From contig CAXQWT010000009.1 of assembly GCA_964227855.1 (NCBI GenBank), positions 1 to 50,607 of the forward strand: 50,607 nt of DNA, read 5' to 3'. Each line of letters starts with the position of its first letter. The stretch's first letter is position 1. The DNA is from Salipiger bermudensis. GTDB lineage: Archaea; Thermoplasmatota; Poseidoniia; Poseidoniales; Poseidoniaceae. The position numbers were made by a program, and so were the translations under genes. Shown in pieces: positions 1 through 9,941 of the stretch. The notes below the pieces were generated by a model. That model had not been told where the DNA came from and made no database searches. It worked only from the letters and a program-made list of their open reading frames with translations.

Positions 1-833
1 CTAAATAAACTAGATGTCATAAGGGCATCTGATACAATTCCAGTTAAAGAGATAGTTGGAGCTGAAATCAGATCCTCGGAAAAATGGGCAGTTATAGTTA
101 CAACATCTGAGTTTTTTACAATATTATCAGAATCATTATCTGTCAGTGTTACAGTGGGCGCAGTATTGTCAATTCTAAAGGTAATACTCTCATTTCCGCT
201 GTATTGATTCCCGGCTAAGTCTGTTCCGCTGGCTGTCGCATGATCATCTACATCGGCATTTTCAGCCTTAATGTTCGTACGTGTGACCATTTCAACATCC
301 TCACCTGCTCGATCAGAACGGTCTACTGAAGCAATTTCTTTACTTGGGACCGTTCGCCCAGCATGGTACAGGTTTGTGTCAATATCCTCCTTACTCCATG
401 TTTCAGAACCAATCGCTCTAGCAAGCTCAGGCTCAGGGGGTTTGTCTTTCCATTGGTTTTTATTTGCAACATTTTGGATTACATTTTGTTTCTCGGTCCT
501 CTTTTGTTGTTCAAAAATTTCGAGAACATCCTTTTCGGTCTGTTGTTTTCCTTTTGGAATATACTTGCCTGCACGACGTTGCTGCTCTTCTAGCCATGGG
601 CCGTGGATTGAATCGTTATCGTGTCGATGAGGTGCTACAGACATAGCAAGCAATTCCTTCGCAAATTGATAGAAGGCGTCCTCTGGAGGCGCTTTGGCCA
701 TTTCATCACGGATACGGCTGTGTGAGGCGATACACTTACGACAACGTGAACTTCCAACCTCATCGGGTTCATCACACCACAGACAACATGCCTGGAAACC
801 CATGTCTTTCATTGCTCGCCTTGGCATTGACAT
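1..833 (-). CDS. ORF open at window edge (not in the ORF track): Cys-motif hypothetical protein (CCLWC...CRKC) running in frame into a bacterial Ig-like (Big-type) segment at about 240..1; possibly chimeric
   Basis: Manual translation from ATG at 833: MSMPRRAMKDMGFQACCLWCDEPDEVGSSRCRKCIASH...ENADVDDH|ATASGTDLAGNQYSGNESITFRIDNTAPTVTLTDNDSDNIVKNSDVVTITAHFSE...; no stop before position 1. Confidence 0.7.
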   Translation of the reverse strand, partial: MSMPRRAMKDMGFQACCLWCDEPDEVGSSRCRKCIASHSRIRDEMAKAPPEDAFYQFAKELLAMSVAPHRHDNDSIHGPWLEEQQRRAGKYIPKGKQQTEKDVLEIFEQQKRTEKQNVIQNVANKNQWKDKPPEPELARAIGSETWSKEDIDTNLYHAGRTVPSKEIASVDRSDRAGEDVEMVTRTNIKAENADVDDHATASGTDLAGNQYSGNESITFRIDNTAPTVTLTDNDSDNIVKNSDVVTITAHFSEDLISAPTISLTGIVSDALMTSSLF

Positions 834-922
834 GGATGCTCATACACTCGTAGTTGTTCAAACACATGAAGTCTCGTACATCGCGAGCGAGGATTCAAAG
901 AAGACCATGTATTGAGAGTTTC

Positions 923-1810
923 ATGGTTCGAGACCCACGTGCGGACATTATTGAACCAAGTCCCTTTTATGGAACACAGCAGAAAGTCCACCGAGTTCAT
1001 GCGGGTCAACAACCCCGAGCGAACTCACCGATCAACAATTTCTTCCGAGTCCTATCTCAAACACAACCAACACTGCATAAAGGCGGCATCTGGCACTTCA
1101 GTGAAGAAGAAAAGAAACATCTCTTGTATGCCACTGCAGCTTTTACACTCGCTCTTGGATTCATGGCTGCCGGAGGCCTTAGTGGACTTTCAGTTAATGG
1201 GCCATCGACATGGGTGCTCCAAATTCTTCTCTCTATGCCAATTATGCTGATTGCAGTTGGCCCTGCATTTGTTCTTCATGAAATCGGGCACAAAATCATT
1301 GCAAAGAAGAATGGCTGTTGGGCAGAATTTCGAGCAGATCCTAAAGGCCTTCAATTTGGTGTACTTATCTCTCTCTTCCTTGGCATTCTCTTCATGGCAC
1401 CAGGGGCTGTTATGGTTGCAGGGCTTGTTACGCGTCGTCAGAACGGTCACATAGCGATCGCAGGACCACTGGTCAATCTTGGTTTATTCATCATTGGGAT
1501 ACCATTAGGAGCATTGCTCTTCATGCTTACAAATGCTCAAGACTACAGTTCATTTGCTTATTTACAGGATGGTTCACTTATTTGGCAATCAATGGTGTAC
1601 GATATCGTTCTTTATTGGATTGGTGCAAATCTGATTTTAGGCTTGTTCAACATGATTCCACTCGGACCACTCGATGGGGTGAAAGTAAAAGATTGGAACA
1701 GCGGTGTCTGGTGGGGACTTTTCCTAATCTTCTTATCGCCAATCATCATCTATTTGACGACTCCATACTCGCCAATGACTCTCGTCATTTGGCTTTCTAA
1801 TCTGGTTTGA
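923..1810 (+). CDS. Site-2 protease family (peptidase M50) intramembrane zinc metalloprotease
   Basis: HEIGH (HExxH) after a TM helix, IAIAGPLVN, NMIPLGPLDG motif, multiple TM segments; start moved to ATG 923. Confidence 0.9.
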   Translation: MVRDPRADIIEPSPFYGTQQKVHRVHAGQQPRANSPINNFFRVLSQTQPTLHKGGIWHFSEEEKKHLLYATAAFTLALGFMAAGGLSGLSVNGPSTWVLQILLSMPIMLIAVGPAFVLHEIGHKIIAKKNGCWAEFRADPKGLQFGVLISLFLGILFMAPGAVMVAGLVTRRQNGHIAIAGPLVNLGLFIIGIPLGALLFMLTNAQDYSSFAYLQDGSLIWQSMVYDIVLYWIGANLILGLFNMIPLGPLDGVKVKDWNSGVWWGLFLIFLSPIIIYLTTPYSPMTLVIWLSNLV

Positions 1811-3850
1811 TCAGAGACCGTGGATTTCCTTGGACTTGTCATGGCTCCAGTGGTAGCACAATCGGAGCAAGTTTAGGTAATGACCCTGTCCATCCTTAGT
1901 CATCTTCTCGTGAAGAGGCTCGTTACTCATGAACATGTCTCCCCAAACGTTAGCAGAAGTACCCTTCTTACCCTTTGGTAGATCAAAGACTTCGTTGGTT
2001 GTTGGCTCCAACAAGTTCTTCCAGACGATTGCAGGGTTCACAGCCATTGTAACTTCGACAATAATCTCATCTTCATTGAGGCCTGTTCCAGTCTGCCATG
2101 ACTCTTCACCCATATCAGCAAGGAAGGGTAGGCACAAGTCAATGATCGAAAGACCGGTCATTGGATCAGCACCGGTCATCTGACCGTATGCTTCACGCAT
2201 TCGACCACGATCGGCACCACGAGCACCAGTAATCATGCGCAACTTGTCAATGGAAGTTGGTACAAGGAAGCGAATGTCTGTGTAATAGACAAGTGCTTGT
2301 TCACTGTTTCCGGCAGGTGCGAAGATGTGAGAGAAAGGTTGAGCACCACTACTCTCACCAAGCATATCCATTGGGTACAATGTCTTGAGTGCGTTTGTAG
2401 CAACGGACTGAACGACACGTCGAATCAATCGTTCTGGAGCAGCGGAAACATCGTTGAAGGATTCCATGTACTCATCGAGGTTGAGGATGTCGTATCCACG
2501 TACTGCAAGGATTGAGTGGACGTTTGGTCCGAGAATCTTATCTCCGCCAATCATAGCTTGACTGATCCATCGAGCACCCTTTGCGAAGTCACTTGCTGTA
2601 ACGAGGTCAGCATATGCCTTGTATCGGCGAGCAACACGGTTCATGAAGTCAGCTTGGTCAAGCTTAGTGAAGACGGTAGCAGCGTAGTTTGACTTGAGTG
2701 CGTGGTCAGCAACTTGACTTGCGTTCACACATGTCAAGAGGTTTCCTTGGTCGTGAGGATAGAGCAACAATCGTCGTCGCTTTGCAGCGCCACCGAGAGA
2801 ACCTACCTTAGGATCGGTCAAGAGATATCCAAGACATGCAGTAACCTCAAACAGTCGAGCGTACTTATCTTCATCGCTTGCGTTCTTGATCCACTCGTCA
2901 AGACCGGGTTCGATACAGTGGAATTCAAGAGGCACCATCTCAGAACCTGCTCCGAACATTTGTCGAACGGTTGAGGAAGACATCATTCCCATCATTGTGT
3001 ATAGGGATGTCTTTCCAGTGGTGAGATAAACGTCAGTAATACCTTCTTCACCGAAGGAGATTCGTCGGTCAGGCAGGTTAACCAAGAGGTTGAATGAAGT
3101 AGCAGTGTCTCGGTTTCCATCAACTGCAGGATGAATCCATGTCGTTGGCTTGGTCATCAAGTATCCACTCGCATCCTTCCCAAAACCAGCAGGAGAATAT
3201 CGAATCCAACCCAATCTATTGTTGAAAGCAACACCACGGTGCATTAACGAAGGGTAGTAGACCTTGTCTTGCGGGTCTGAATCCGGTACAACACCACGGT
3301 GACCGAGCCCCCATAGAATTGGTTCCCACTCAGAAACACCGTCTTCGTCTCCACCGTCTCCTAGGAATGGGTGTCCACTTGATACTGTTTCGCCAGTAAG
3401 CATCGAACCGCCCAATCGCTCTTCATCACCTGTTGAACAGAAAAAGAATGTTTGTGTTGTGACGAGTTGCTTTGGCGTCCACATGTTAGCATTTACAACA
3501 GTTTTCTGCTTCAGGAAATCGGAAAGAGTACTGATTCGACGTTCAAACTTAAATCGCTCAGATTCAATCCATGTGGAGCCGAGGATTAGGTTGGTGTTCA
3601 ACAATTTCGGGCGTCCTGGACCGATATATCGTGTTCGAGGGTCACCTTTGGTATCATCCGTTTCATGAATTGGTTCCCAAGGCCCTTCTTTTGGAATGTA
3701 TTTGAGGAATTCTTCATGATCAAATGGCATTTTTTGTGCTTCTTTGACCGAGTCTTCGACCTTATCCATCAATTGAACATAGGTCTCCGTTGGCGTAATT
3801 CGTCCACTTTCCTTGAATTGTTTATGCGATACTGCTCGATGTTCCCACAT
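1811..3850 (-). CDS. Large soluble hypothetical protein (679 aa), no recognised family
   Basis: Long ORF, GAGGTG SD just upstream of ATG, biased codon usage. Confidence 0.85.
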   Translation of the reverse strand: MWEHRAVSHKQFKESGRITPTETYVQLMDKVEDSVKEAQKMPFDHEEFLKYIPKEGPWEPIHETDDTKGDPRTRYIGPGRPKLLNTNLILGSTWIESERFKFERRISTLSDFLKQKTVVNANMWTPKQLVTTQTFFFCSTGDEERLGGSMLTGETVSSGHPFLGDGGDEDGVSEWEPILWGLGHRGVVPDSDPQDKVYYPSLMHRGVAFNNRLGWIRYSPAGFGKDASGYLMTKPTTWIHPAVDGNRDTATSFNLLVNLPDRRISFGEEGITDVYLTTGKTSLYTMMGMMSSSTVRQMFGAGSEMVPLEFHCIEPGLDEWIKNASDEDKYARLFEVTACLGYLLTDPKVGSLGGAAKRRRLLLYPHDQGNLLTCVNASQVADHALKSNYAATVFTKLDQADFMNRVARRYKAYADLVTASDFAKGARWISQAMIGGDKILGPNVHSILAVRGYDILNLDEYMESFNDVSAAPERLIRRVVQSVATNALKTLYPMDMLGESSGAQPFSHIFAPAGNSEQALVYYTDIRFLVPTSIDKLRMITGARGADRGRMREAYGQMTGADPMTGLSIIDLCLPFLADMGEESWQTGTGLNEDEIIVEVTMAVNPAIVWKNLLEPTTNEVFDLPKGKKGTSANVWGDMFMSNEPLHEKMTKDGQGHYLNLLRLCYHWSHDKSKEIHGL

Positions 3851-3861
3851 TCTTCTTCACC

Positions 3862-4422
3862 TCAAAATTTCTTCTTTTTAACAGGAGTTTTATCCTCTTC
3901 TTCGGGAGCTTCTTCTTCTTCAGAATCGTCGCCTTCGTCTTCAGGCACTTCATCCCCTTCTTCAAGGCTATCCCCTTCATCAGTAGAATTCTCTTCCTCG
4001 GATTCATCATCAAGATCTTCATCTTCTGATTCCTCATCTTCAGATTCGATATCTTCCATCATGACATCTACAACTTCGTCGATCTCTTCATCGTCATCAG
4101 GTACTAACCCGTCAACCTCTTCTGATTCTTCTCGTGGAATAAGGAGTTGCAAAACAAGACCTAGGGTCCCAGCAACTGCTCCGAGACCAACAACCAATCC
4201 GTTGTTGATTCGTTGCGTTTCGTTATCTTTTTCGCTTGCTTCCATACCAGTCACAGGGGGAATTTCATTCCCAACGACGTTTGTTACAATTTCTACGGCA
4301 GCCCATGCTGCAAAAATGAGCATAATTATTGAGAGCAAATTTGCGGTGGAGGCATTCGTTTTGACCCAATTTGCAAAGGGTGTCTGACCATCTTCCATAC
4401 CAATGCCTCGCGACGTTTGCAT
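3862..4422 (-). CDS. Two-TM membrane protein with a very acidic (D/E-rich) C-terminal tail ending KKKKF
   Basis: Two hydrophobic helices then about 85 aa D/E-rich; 11 nt upstream of the 679-aa gene; start may be the second Met (MEDGQ). Confidence 0.8.
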   Translation of the reverse strand: MQTSRGIGMEDGQTPFANWVKTNASTANLLSIIMLIFAAWAAVEIVTNVVGNEIPPVTGMEASEKDNETQRINNGLVVGLGAVAGTLGLVLQLLIPREESEEVDGLVPDDDEEIDEVVDVMMEDIESEDEESEDEDLDDESEEENSTDEGDSLEEGDEVPEDEGDDSEEEEAPEEEDKTPVKKKKF

Positions 4423-4459
4423 ATAACTTGTGTGCCTTTAATAAGGAAAAATGAACGAA

Positions 4460-6238
4460 TCACTCATCGAGGTAAGCATTTCTTACAGGATTCTCATCAA
4501 GATGGAAGAACGAATACGTTGCCCACCATGTAATTGTGTCAAGTGCATCGACAAGATTGCTCGTTCCACTTTGTTCTTCTCCGTAGTCCTTACCAGTCGT
4601 ATCCATCCAATCGATCATTTCTTCAACCGTATCACATGTTTGATGATAGCACCAGTATCCATCTACAAGTCCACCAAAGCCCATTGTGACTGTACCAAGG
4701 TTATCTTGGAATGTAGCATGATCGGACCGAGCAGTTGTATCTTCGTAAACGATGATTTCAGGGCGGTCTTTGGCATACCAATCATCAACCTTCCATGTCT
4801 CAACATCGTGCCCTTCTCCAAGAAGAGGTGCCATTTGTTCCTCGACACCAATCGCATCGGAACCAATCCACATAGCAAGGCCAACCATGCCCGGCTGATT
4901 CATGACATCATGGTCCAAACTTGGACCAATGTAGACTCGCATAGGCCAGACCTCCTCGTCTTTTGGATAACCATCATCATCAACAGTAGGGTCAGGATCA
5001 CAATTGGGTTCTCCGCCTCCGTGGTTGTTTCCACAAGGAGCACCACCTCCCCCTGGCCAATTTACACCAGCCATATCGAGATTAACGTAATTTGTAACCT
5101 CTACGTTGGGGTTGTCTTCTTTGACCCATTCATCGGTCCAATAATCACTACCTCTTTTTCCGCCTTCTTCACCAGACCACAGACAGAATACCATTGTATT
5201 ACGGGTGCTAAATTCAGCCATTGCTTCTGCAACGGTCAATACCATACTCGTTCCTGCTGTGTTGTCGTAGGCGCCTACTCGTGTACCGTACGTCCTTCCA
5301 ACAGCAGGTAAGTGTGGTGAAATCAATCCTCCATTGATTGGGGGGGCGATGTCAAAGTGAGCACCAAAAACCATCCATTTATCCGGATCAACTTCCCCAA
5401 AACGATAACCACAGATGTTGTAAGCTTCAGGATTTACATCTCCTGGATTCATTTCTGAATCATAGACAAACCGCTGCGTGATGACTTCAAGACCAAAACT
5501 TTCGAGGGTCTGGATAAGATGCAAAGCAGCATCTTCGTACGCAGCATTCCCTTGGCCGGCCCAACGATCAAGATAGCCTAGAGCACCATCGGCCAAGTCT
5601 GTTGGGTCTGCTGTTTGGTCGCTTAGACTTGAGAGAAAATTGAACGTTGTACGTCCGTTGACTACACCGGTTGAATGCCGACCACCTTCTGCTTCTGTGT
5701 AAGCAGGTGCTGCTGGACGATCAATCGAAAGAATGACCGGAGTAACTCCTCCTCCGTTTGAGTTTGAAGATTGAACTGTATTCAGACTTCCATTTTGACC
5801 TGCGACACCAGAGATTCCTTGTGAATTTTGATCACTATAGCCTCCACGTTCCCACCATGTTTTCCATGATTCATCCAGATTACGAATGGGCCAATTTTTC
5901 CGCTGATAATCACCGAGAAGAACGACAGCAGTATCGGTTCGGGGCGGAGCAAGAACGGTCAGAAGAACATCTTCCCCAGCCTTGAGATCAACAACGGTTG
6001 AATTTTGAACGAAACCAGTGTCAGTGTTCATGATTAAATACGGCACGAAAGCCGAGAGATCACGATCAGCAGATATTGTGAGCCCTTGAAAAACTCCTCC
6101 AATGAGCGTTTCAGGAGTGATAACAACATCACTTTCTTTGATTTGCCTACCGTCATCTCCTTCACCAAAACATCCAGCGAGTGGAGCAAGCATCATGATG
6201 CAAACTAGGCCGAGCGCCCTGCAAGCATCTCTCCCCAT
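4460..6238 (-). CDS. M28-family zinc (amino)peptidase, lipoprotein
   Basis: Lipobox LAGC; GAHFD, GAYDNTAG, WSGEEGG, NLDMAG, RSDH, CYH motifs. Confidence 0.9.
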   Translation of the reverse strand: MGRDACRALGLVCIMMLAPLAGCFGEGDDGRQIKESDVVITPETLIGGVFQGLTISADRDLSAFVPYLIMNTDTGFVQNSTVVDLKAGEDVLLTVLAPPRTDTAVVLLGDYQRKNWPIRNLDESWKTWWERGGYSDQNSQGISGVAGQNGSLNTVQSSNSNGGGVTPVILSIDRPAAPAYTEAEGGRHSTGVVNGRTTFNFLSSLSDQTADPTDLADGALGYLDRWAGQGNAAYEDAALHLIQTLESFGLEVITQRFVYDSEMNPGDVNPEAYNICGYRFGEVDPDKWMVFGAHFDIAPPINGGLISPHLPAVGRTYGTRVGAYDNTAGTSMVLTVAEAMAEFSTRNTMVFCLWSGEEGGKRGSDYWTDEWVKEDNPNVEVTNYVNLDMAGVNWPGGGGAPCGNNHGGGEPNCDPDPTVDDDGYPKDEEVWPMRVYIGPSLDHDVMNQPGMVGLAMWIGSDAIGVEEQMAPLLGEGHDVETWKVDDWYAKDRPEIIVYEDTTARSDHATFQDNLGTVTMGFGGLVDGYWCYHQTCDTVEEMIDWMDTTGKDYGEEQSGTSNLVDALDTITWWATYSFFHLDENPVRNAYLDE

Positions 6239-6407
6239 GATACGGTGCTAAACCTCTCTCTATCTCAATTCTTTGCTCATAGCACAGGCAAAACCACAGA
6301 CGCAACCAGGCTCATGACACTCTCATTCATGAACTAGTTTGATTTTTCAAAAAACATAACAATTCCTGAACCCCAATCAACAACTTCGAGCGTCTGTCGA
6401 AGAAGAG

Positions 6408-6908
6408 TTACCAAGCTGAGTCAAAAATTCCACTTTCATCTTTGAACGATTTGAATTCAAGGTGATTCCCAGATGGGTCAACAATGAACATAGTTGCTTG
6501 CGATCCTGGTTGACCTTCGTATCGAGTATAAGGCCCTATAACAAATTGAACGCCGTTCTTAGCAAGTTTATCTTTCAACTGATGCCAATCATTCCATTCC
6601 ATAACAATCCCAAAATGCATCGCTGGAATATCCTTTCCATCAACCGGATTGGTTGACAAATCCGGCATATGAGGAACCAGATGGGCTACGATTTGGTGTC
6701 CAAAAAACTTGAACACACATGATTCGTCTTTCTCTCGACCAGTTGTGCATCCAAGGACATCAACATAGAACTGCTTCGCCTTTTTCAAATCATCAACAGG
6801 AAAGGCGAGATGGAAGGGACGGAGTTTCTTTGGGGGCGAGTAGTCGGTTCCACAACTCCGACACACGTCGTTTTCATCCCAATCGCATTGACGAATACAA
6901 CCTGCCAA
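6408..6908 (-). CDS. VOC/glyoxalase-family (COG3565-like) protein with an N-terminal Cys4 motif (DUF1289-like)
   Basis: PFHLAFPV, HQIVAH, HFGIV, QATMFIVDPSGNHLEFKSF; N-terminal CIRQCDWDENDVCRSCG; TTG start at 6908 inferred, 4 nt after the upstream stop. Confidence 0.8.
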   Translation of the reverse strand: MAGCIRQCDWDENDVCRSCGTDYSPPKKLRPFHLAFPVDDLKKAKQFYVDVLGCTTGREKDESCVFKFFGHQIVAHLVPHMPDLSTNPVDGKDIPAMHFGIVMEWNDWHQLKDKLAKNGVQFVIGPYTRYEGQPGSQATMFIVDPSGNHLEFKSFKDESGIFDSAW

Positions 6909-6912
6909 CCCA

Positions 6913-7452
6913 TCACTTCCACTTGACTGAGCAGCCAATGGAGTCTGTGGATTGAACGTCAGGGATCGAACCAGCAAGCATAGCATCAATGGCATCTTTC
7001 AATTCACTGGTTGTCACTTGTGTAGGATCGCGTGGATTGTCATCCATGCGCCCCTGATAGGTAATAATTCCATCAGCGTTAAGAAGAAAAAACTCAGGTG
7101 TTCGCTGCGCCCCCCATGCAGTTGCAACACGTTGGGTGTCATCATGCAGGTATGCGTAAGGCATTCCCTTTTCGGCTCGTTTTACCATGTTTTCAAAGGA
7201 ATCAACAGGATAGTTGTCTGGATCGTTTGAATTGATTCCAACGAATCCTATATTGTTAGCATTGCAATACTCAGCCATGTTGTTTATTCGGTCAATGCTA
7301 GCGATGACGTATGGGCAATGATTGCACTCAAAAACAACGACACAGCCATTCGTTAACATTGATTCTGCCAAGGTGGAACTCTCACTACCAATGCTTCTAT
7401 TCGCATTAAGAAGGTGGAACTCAGGTGCTTTATCGCCGACATTAAGGGGCAT
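6913..7452 (-). CDS. Thioredoxin-fold AhpC/TSA (peroxiredoxin-like) protein
   Basis: VGDKAPEF, CNHCPYV, INSND, GAQRTPEFF, YQGRMDD, IGCSVKW. Confidence 0.92.
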   Translation of the reverse strand: MPLNVGDKAPEFHLLNANRSIGSESSTLAESMLTNGCVVVFECNHCPYVIASIDRINNMAEYCNANNIGFVGINSNDPDNYPVDSFENMVKRAEKGMPYAYLHDDTQRVATAWGAQRTPEFFLLNADGIITYQGRMDDNPRDPTQVTTSELKDAIDAMLAGSIPDVQSTDSIGCSVKWK

Positions 7453-7494
7453 GCCTCCCCCTCAATGACGTCATTCATATGTGTTCGCTTAAAC

Positions 7495-9768
7495 TCACAA
7501 GGTTGCAATGTGCTGCTCACAATCCTGCAAACGTTGCCTTGCGAGCGGGTGATCAGGCTCTAAAGCAAGAACTCCTCTCCAAGCAGCGGAAGCCTGGTCC
7601 ATGTTGTTACTCGCATGGTGGATAGCGGCCGCTTGCAAACGAGCATCGAGATTGTTTCCGTCCGCTCGTATCGCTGCTTCAAAGTCACTCAATGCCGACT
7701 CATATTTGCCCCAAGCAAGATACAACATACCTCTCTGATGCCAAGCATCAGCGTAATCTGTCGCTAAACGCAACGCTTCGTTAATCGGCCCCTCTGCACG
7801 CTCAGGACGATCCAAAGCAAGATAACATGCGCCCAATTTTGTCAACGCCTTATGGTGATGTGGAGCCTTTTCAAGTACGGCAAGGAAACCATCCTTTGCT
7901 TCCTCCCATTCACCAAGTCGAGATTGAGCATCCGCTTTTGCAAAGACCGCTACCATTAATTCAGGTGCGAGTGAAAGGAGTATGTTAGCATCATCCTTTG
8001 CTTCAACTGCTTTGTTTAGGCCCAGGTAGCAACTGATTCGGTTGAGTCGTGCACGGATGTGCTTCGGCCTTTCGCTCAGAGTCTCACTATACATTGCAAT
8101 AGCCCGTTCGAAATCCCCAGATTTGATTGCAATCGTTCCACGAACGTAAGCAATGGTAGGGCCACTTCCTTGTATTTCAGCTGCGTCAATGTAACGCGTT
8201 GCAGCATGAACATCATCCAAGTCGATGGCCAACATAGCCGCTTCGATTGAACATGAAGAGTCGGTTTCGCCAAGAAGTCGCCTTGCACGAGTGAGGGATT
8301 CACTGGCTTCATCCAAATTCTTCAACAGACGTTGTGTTCGTGCCAATCCAAGCCAAGCAACCCCCATTTCTCGATTGATTTGAAGTGCCGCTTGGAAGGA
8401 TTGAATGGCCGAACCAAGGAGAAGTTGATCGGTTTCACCCGTACCGTCTCGTTGTCGGTCGGCACGAGCCAAGTGGAGGCGGCCTTCTACAATGTGAAGT
8501 TCCGGATGGTCAATCTCTGGAGGAGTACCATCGAGAAGCGCTTGAGCAACCTCGATACGCCCCTCTGCTAATCTGCGTGAAGCGACAATACTTCTGAGCC
8601 CTGGGTCCATCGGATGTTTTTCAATCGCCTTTTCTAAAGTCGTTTCAGCAGCCATAACGTCGCCGGATTCAGCAATCAAATCAGCCTTCAAGACAATGAG
8701 TTGAGCGCCTCCACAGTCTAGAGCAACAGCGTGTGTAGCTGCTTTCAACGCTTCCTTTTCTCGTCCTGATTTAACACTGAGCAAAATCGCACGCAATGCC
8801 CACGCCTCGCCAATTTGGCGGTCAAGGTTTAGACAACTATCAACAGCTTCCAAAGCTCGTTCGTTCTCTTCCGCCTCATGCAACAATTGAGCATATTGCA
8901 ACCAATAATCAGGCTTATTGTTGTCTTCAGCAAGTGCTTGTTCTATCGCATCGAGGGCTTCATTTGAAGATCCAGCACGCTGCCGCAATCCAGCCAACAA
9001 GGAACGGTCTGCAGGCGTGTCCAGACCCAATGCTTCCAATCGACGAACATCTTTCTCAGCGTTTTCATCACCTTGCTGGACAAGGATGTGAGCGTGCGAG
9101 CGCAACAAGTCAGGATTGTCTGGATCAAGATGCAATTGCGCTTCCAACCAATGCAATCGAAGAACTCCGTCAGATTTCAGAATTGCAACCTTCTCAAGAC
9201 CTTGCAACACCACATCGTTACCGGGTAAAGCTTGGTGTGCATAACCGAAAGCATCTTCTGCCCAAACAAGGTTTTGCAAATGCAAGGCGCATAGTCCAAT
9301 CTGAAGTGCTTGTCGACCGTTGAGATTGAGAGAAGCCATATTCATGCCATTGTGCGTTAGAACACTCAGCAGGCGTGATACCATCTGATATTTCATTGGT
9401 GAAAGAACGACGTCCACATTCTCGAGGGTGATAGAAGAACAAACCGCATCGATTGCATCGTGAATTTTGACCGTTGAAACATCACCACTTTCAAGCGAAG
9501 CAATCGCTTGATGGGCTCGAATTCCATGGTCAACTTCAGGTTGCGTTGCTCGCAAGGCATGAATAATGTCATCGTATTGATCGATTTTCTTCTGCAATAC
9601 AATCAATGCATCGGTTGTTTGCTTTGCATGCGCACCTTGTGATTCAGAGAGAACAAGTGTTCGGTCAGTGACGTTCTGCAAGGCATTTCTTGCATGATAG
9701 AGATTCCAAGAAAGAGCACCACCAACTCCAATCGATGCACCAATGAGAATGAAGGTAATTGGTTCCAT
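7495..9768 (-). CDS. Membrane-anchored tetratricopeptide-repeat protein
   Basis: N-terminal TM helix, coiled segment, many TPR units (e.g. AWHQRGMLYLAWGKYESALSDFEAAIRADG). Confidence 0.88.
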   Translation of the reverse strand: MEPITFILIGASIGVGGALSWNLYHARNALQNVTDRTLVLSESQGAHAKQTTDALIVLQKKIDQYDDIIHALRATQPEVDHGIRAHQAIASLESGDVSTVKIHDAIDAVCSSITLENVDVVLSPMKYQMVSRLLSVLTHNGMNMASLNLNGRQALQIGLCALHLQNLVWAEDAFGYAHQALPGNDVVLQGLEKVAILKSDGVLRLHWLEAQLHLDPDNPDLLRSHAHILVQQGDENAEKDVRRLEALGLDTPADRSLLAGLRQRAGSSNEALDAIEQALAEDNNKPDYWLQYAQLLHEAEENERALEAVDSCLNLDRQIGEAWALRAILLSVKSGREKEALKAATHAVALDCGGAQLIVLKADLIAESGDVMAAETTLEKAIEKHPMDPGLRSIVASRRLAEGRIEVAQALLDGTPPEIDHPELHIVEGRLHLARADRQRDGTGETDQLLLGSAIQSFQAALQINREMGVAWLGLARTQRLLKNLDEASESLTRARRLLGETDSSCSIEAAMLAIDLDDVHAATRYIDAAEIQGSGPTIAYVRGTIAIKSGDFERAIAMYSETLSERPKHIRARLNRISCYLGLNKAVEAKDDANILLSLAPELMVAVFAKADAQSRLGEWEEAKDGFLAVLEKAPHHHKALTKLGACYLALDRPERAEGPINEALRLATDYADAWHQRGMLYLAWGKYESALSDFEAAIRADGNNLDARLQAAAIHHASNNMDQASAAWRGVLALEPDHPLARQRLQDCEQHIATL

Positions 9769-9941
9769 TACCTGTTTAGTTGTTCAACTGCCTTTATGTT
9801 CTGCGGTCTTATTGACGCCACAACCTACCATTTTCGAACCCTTTGGAAAATCCCAAAGGCCAAAAATTTCGAACAAATTTGTGGAATTTACGGCTCACAT
9901 TGAAATCCTATGCATTCATATCGATTATCTGAGGAGAGGCC

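Noticed and set aside
271-915. Short plus-strand ORFs (271, 363, 464, 694)
   Set aside because: Antisense shadows of the minus-strand ORF starting at 833
3665-5311. Ser-rich ORF 3665..4387 and ORF 4451..5311 on the plus strand
   Set aside because: Antisense to the acidic membrane protein and the M28 peptidase; composition mirrors the opposite-strand codons
6239-6407. Intergenic region with a short CTTCGA/TCGAAG inverted repeat as a possible ncRNA
   Set aside because: Only short stems, adequately explained as terminator plus promoter space for the peptidase
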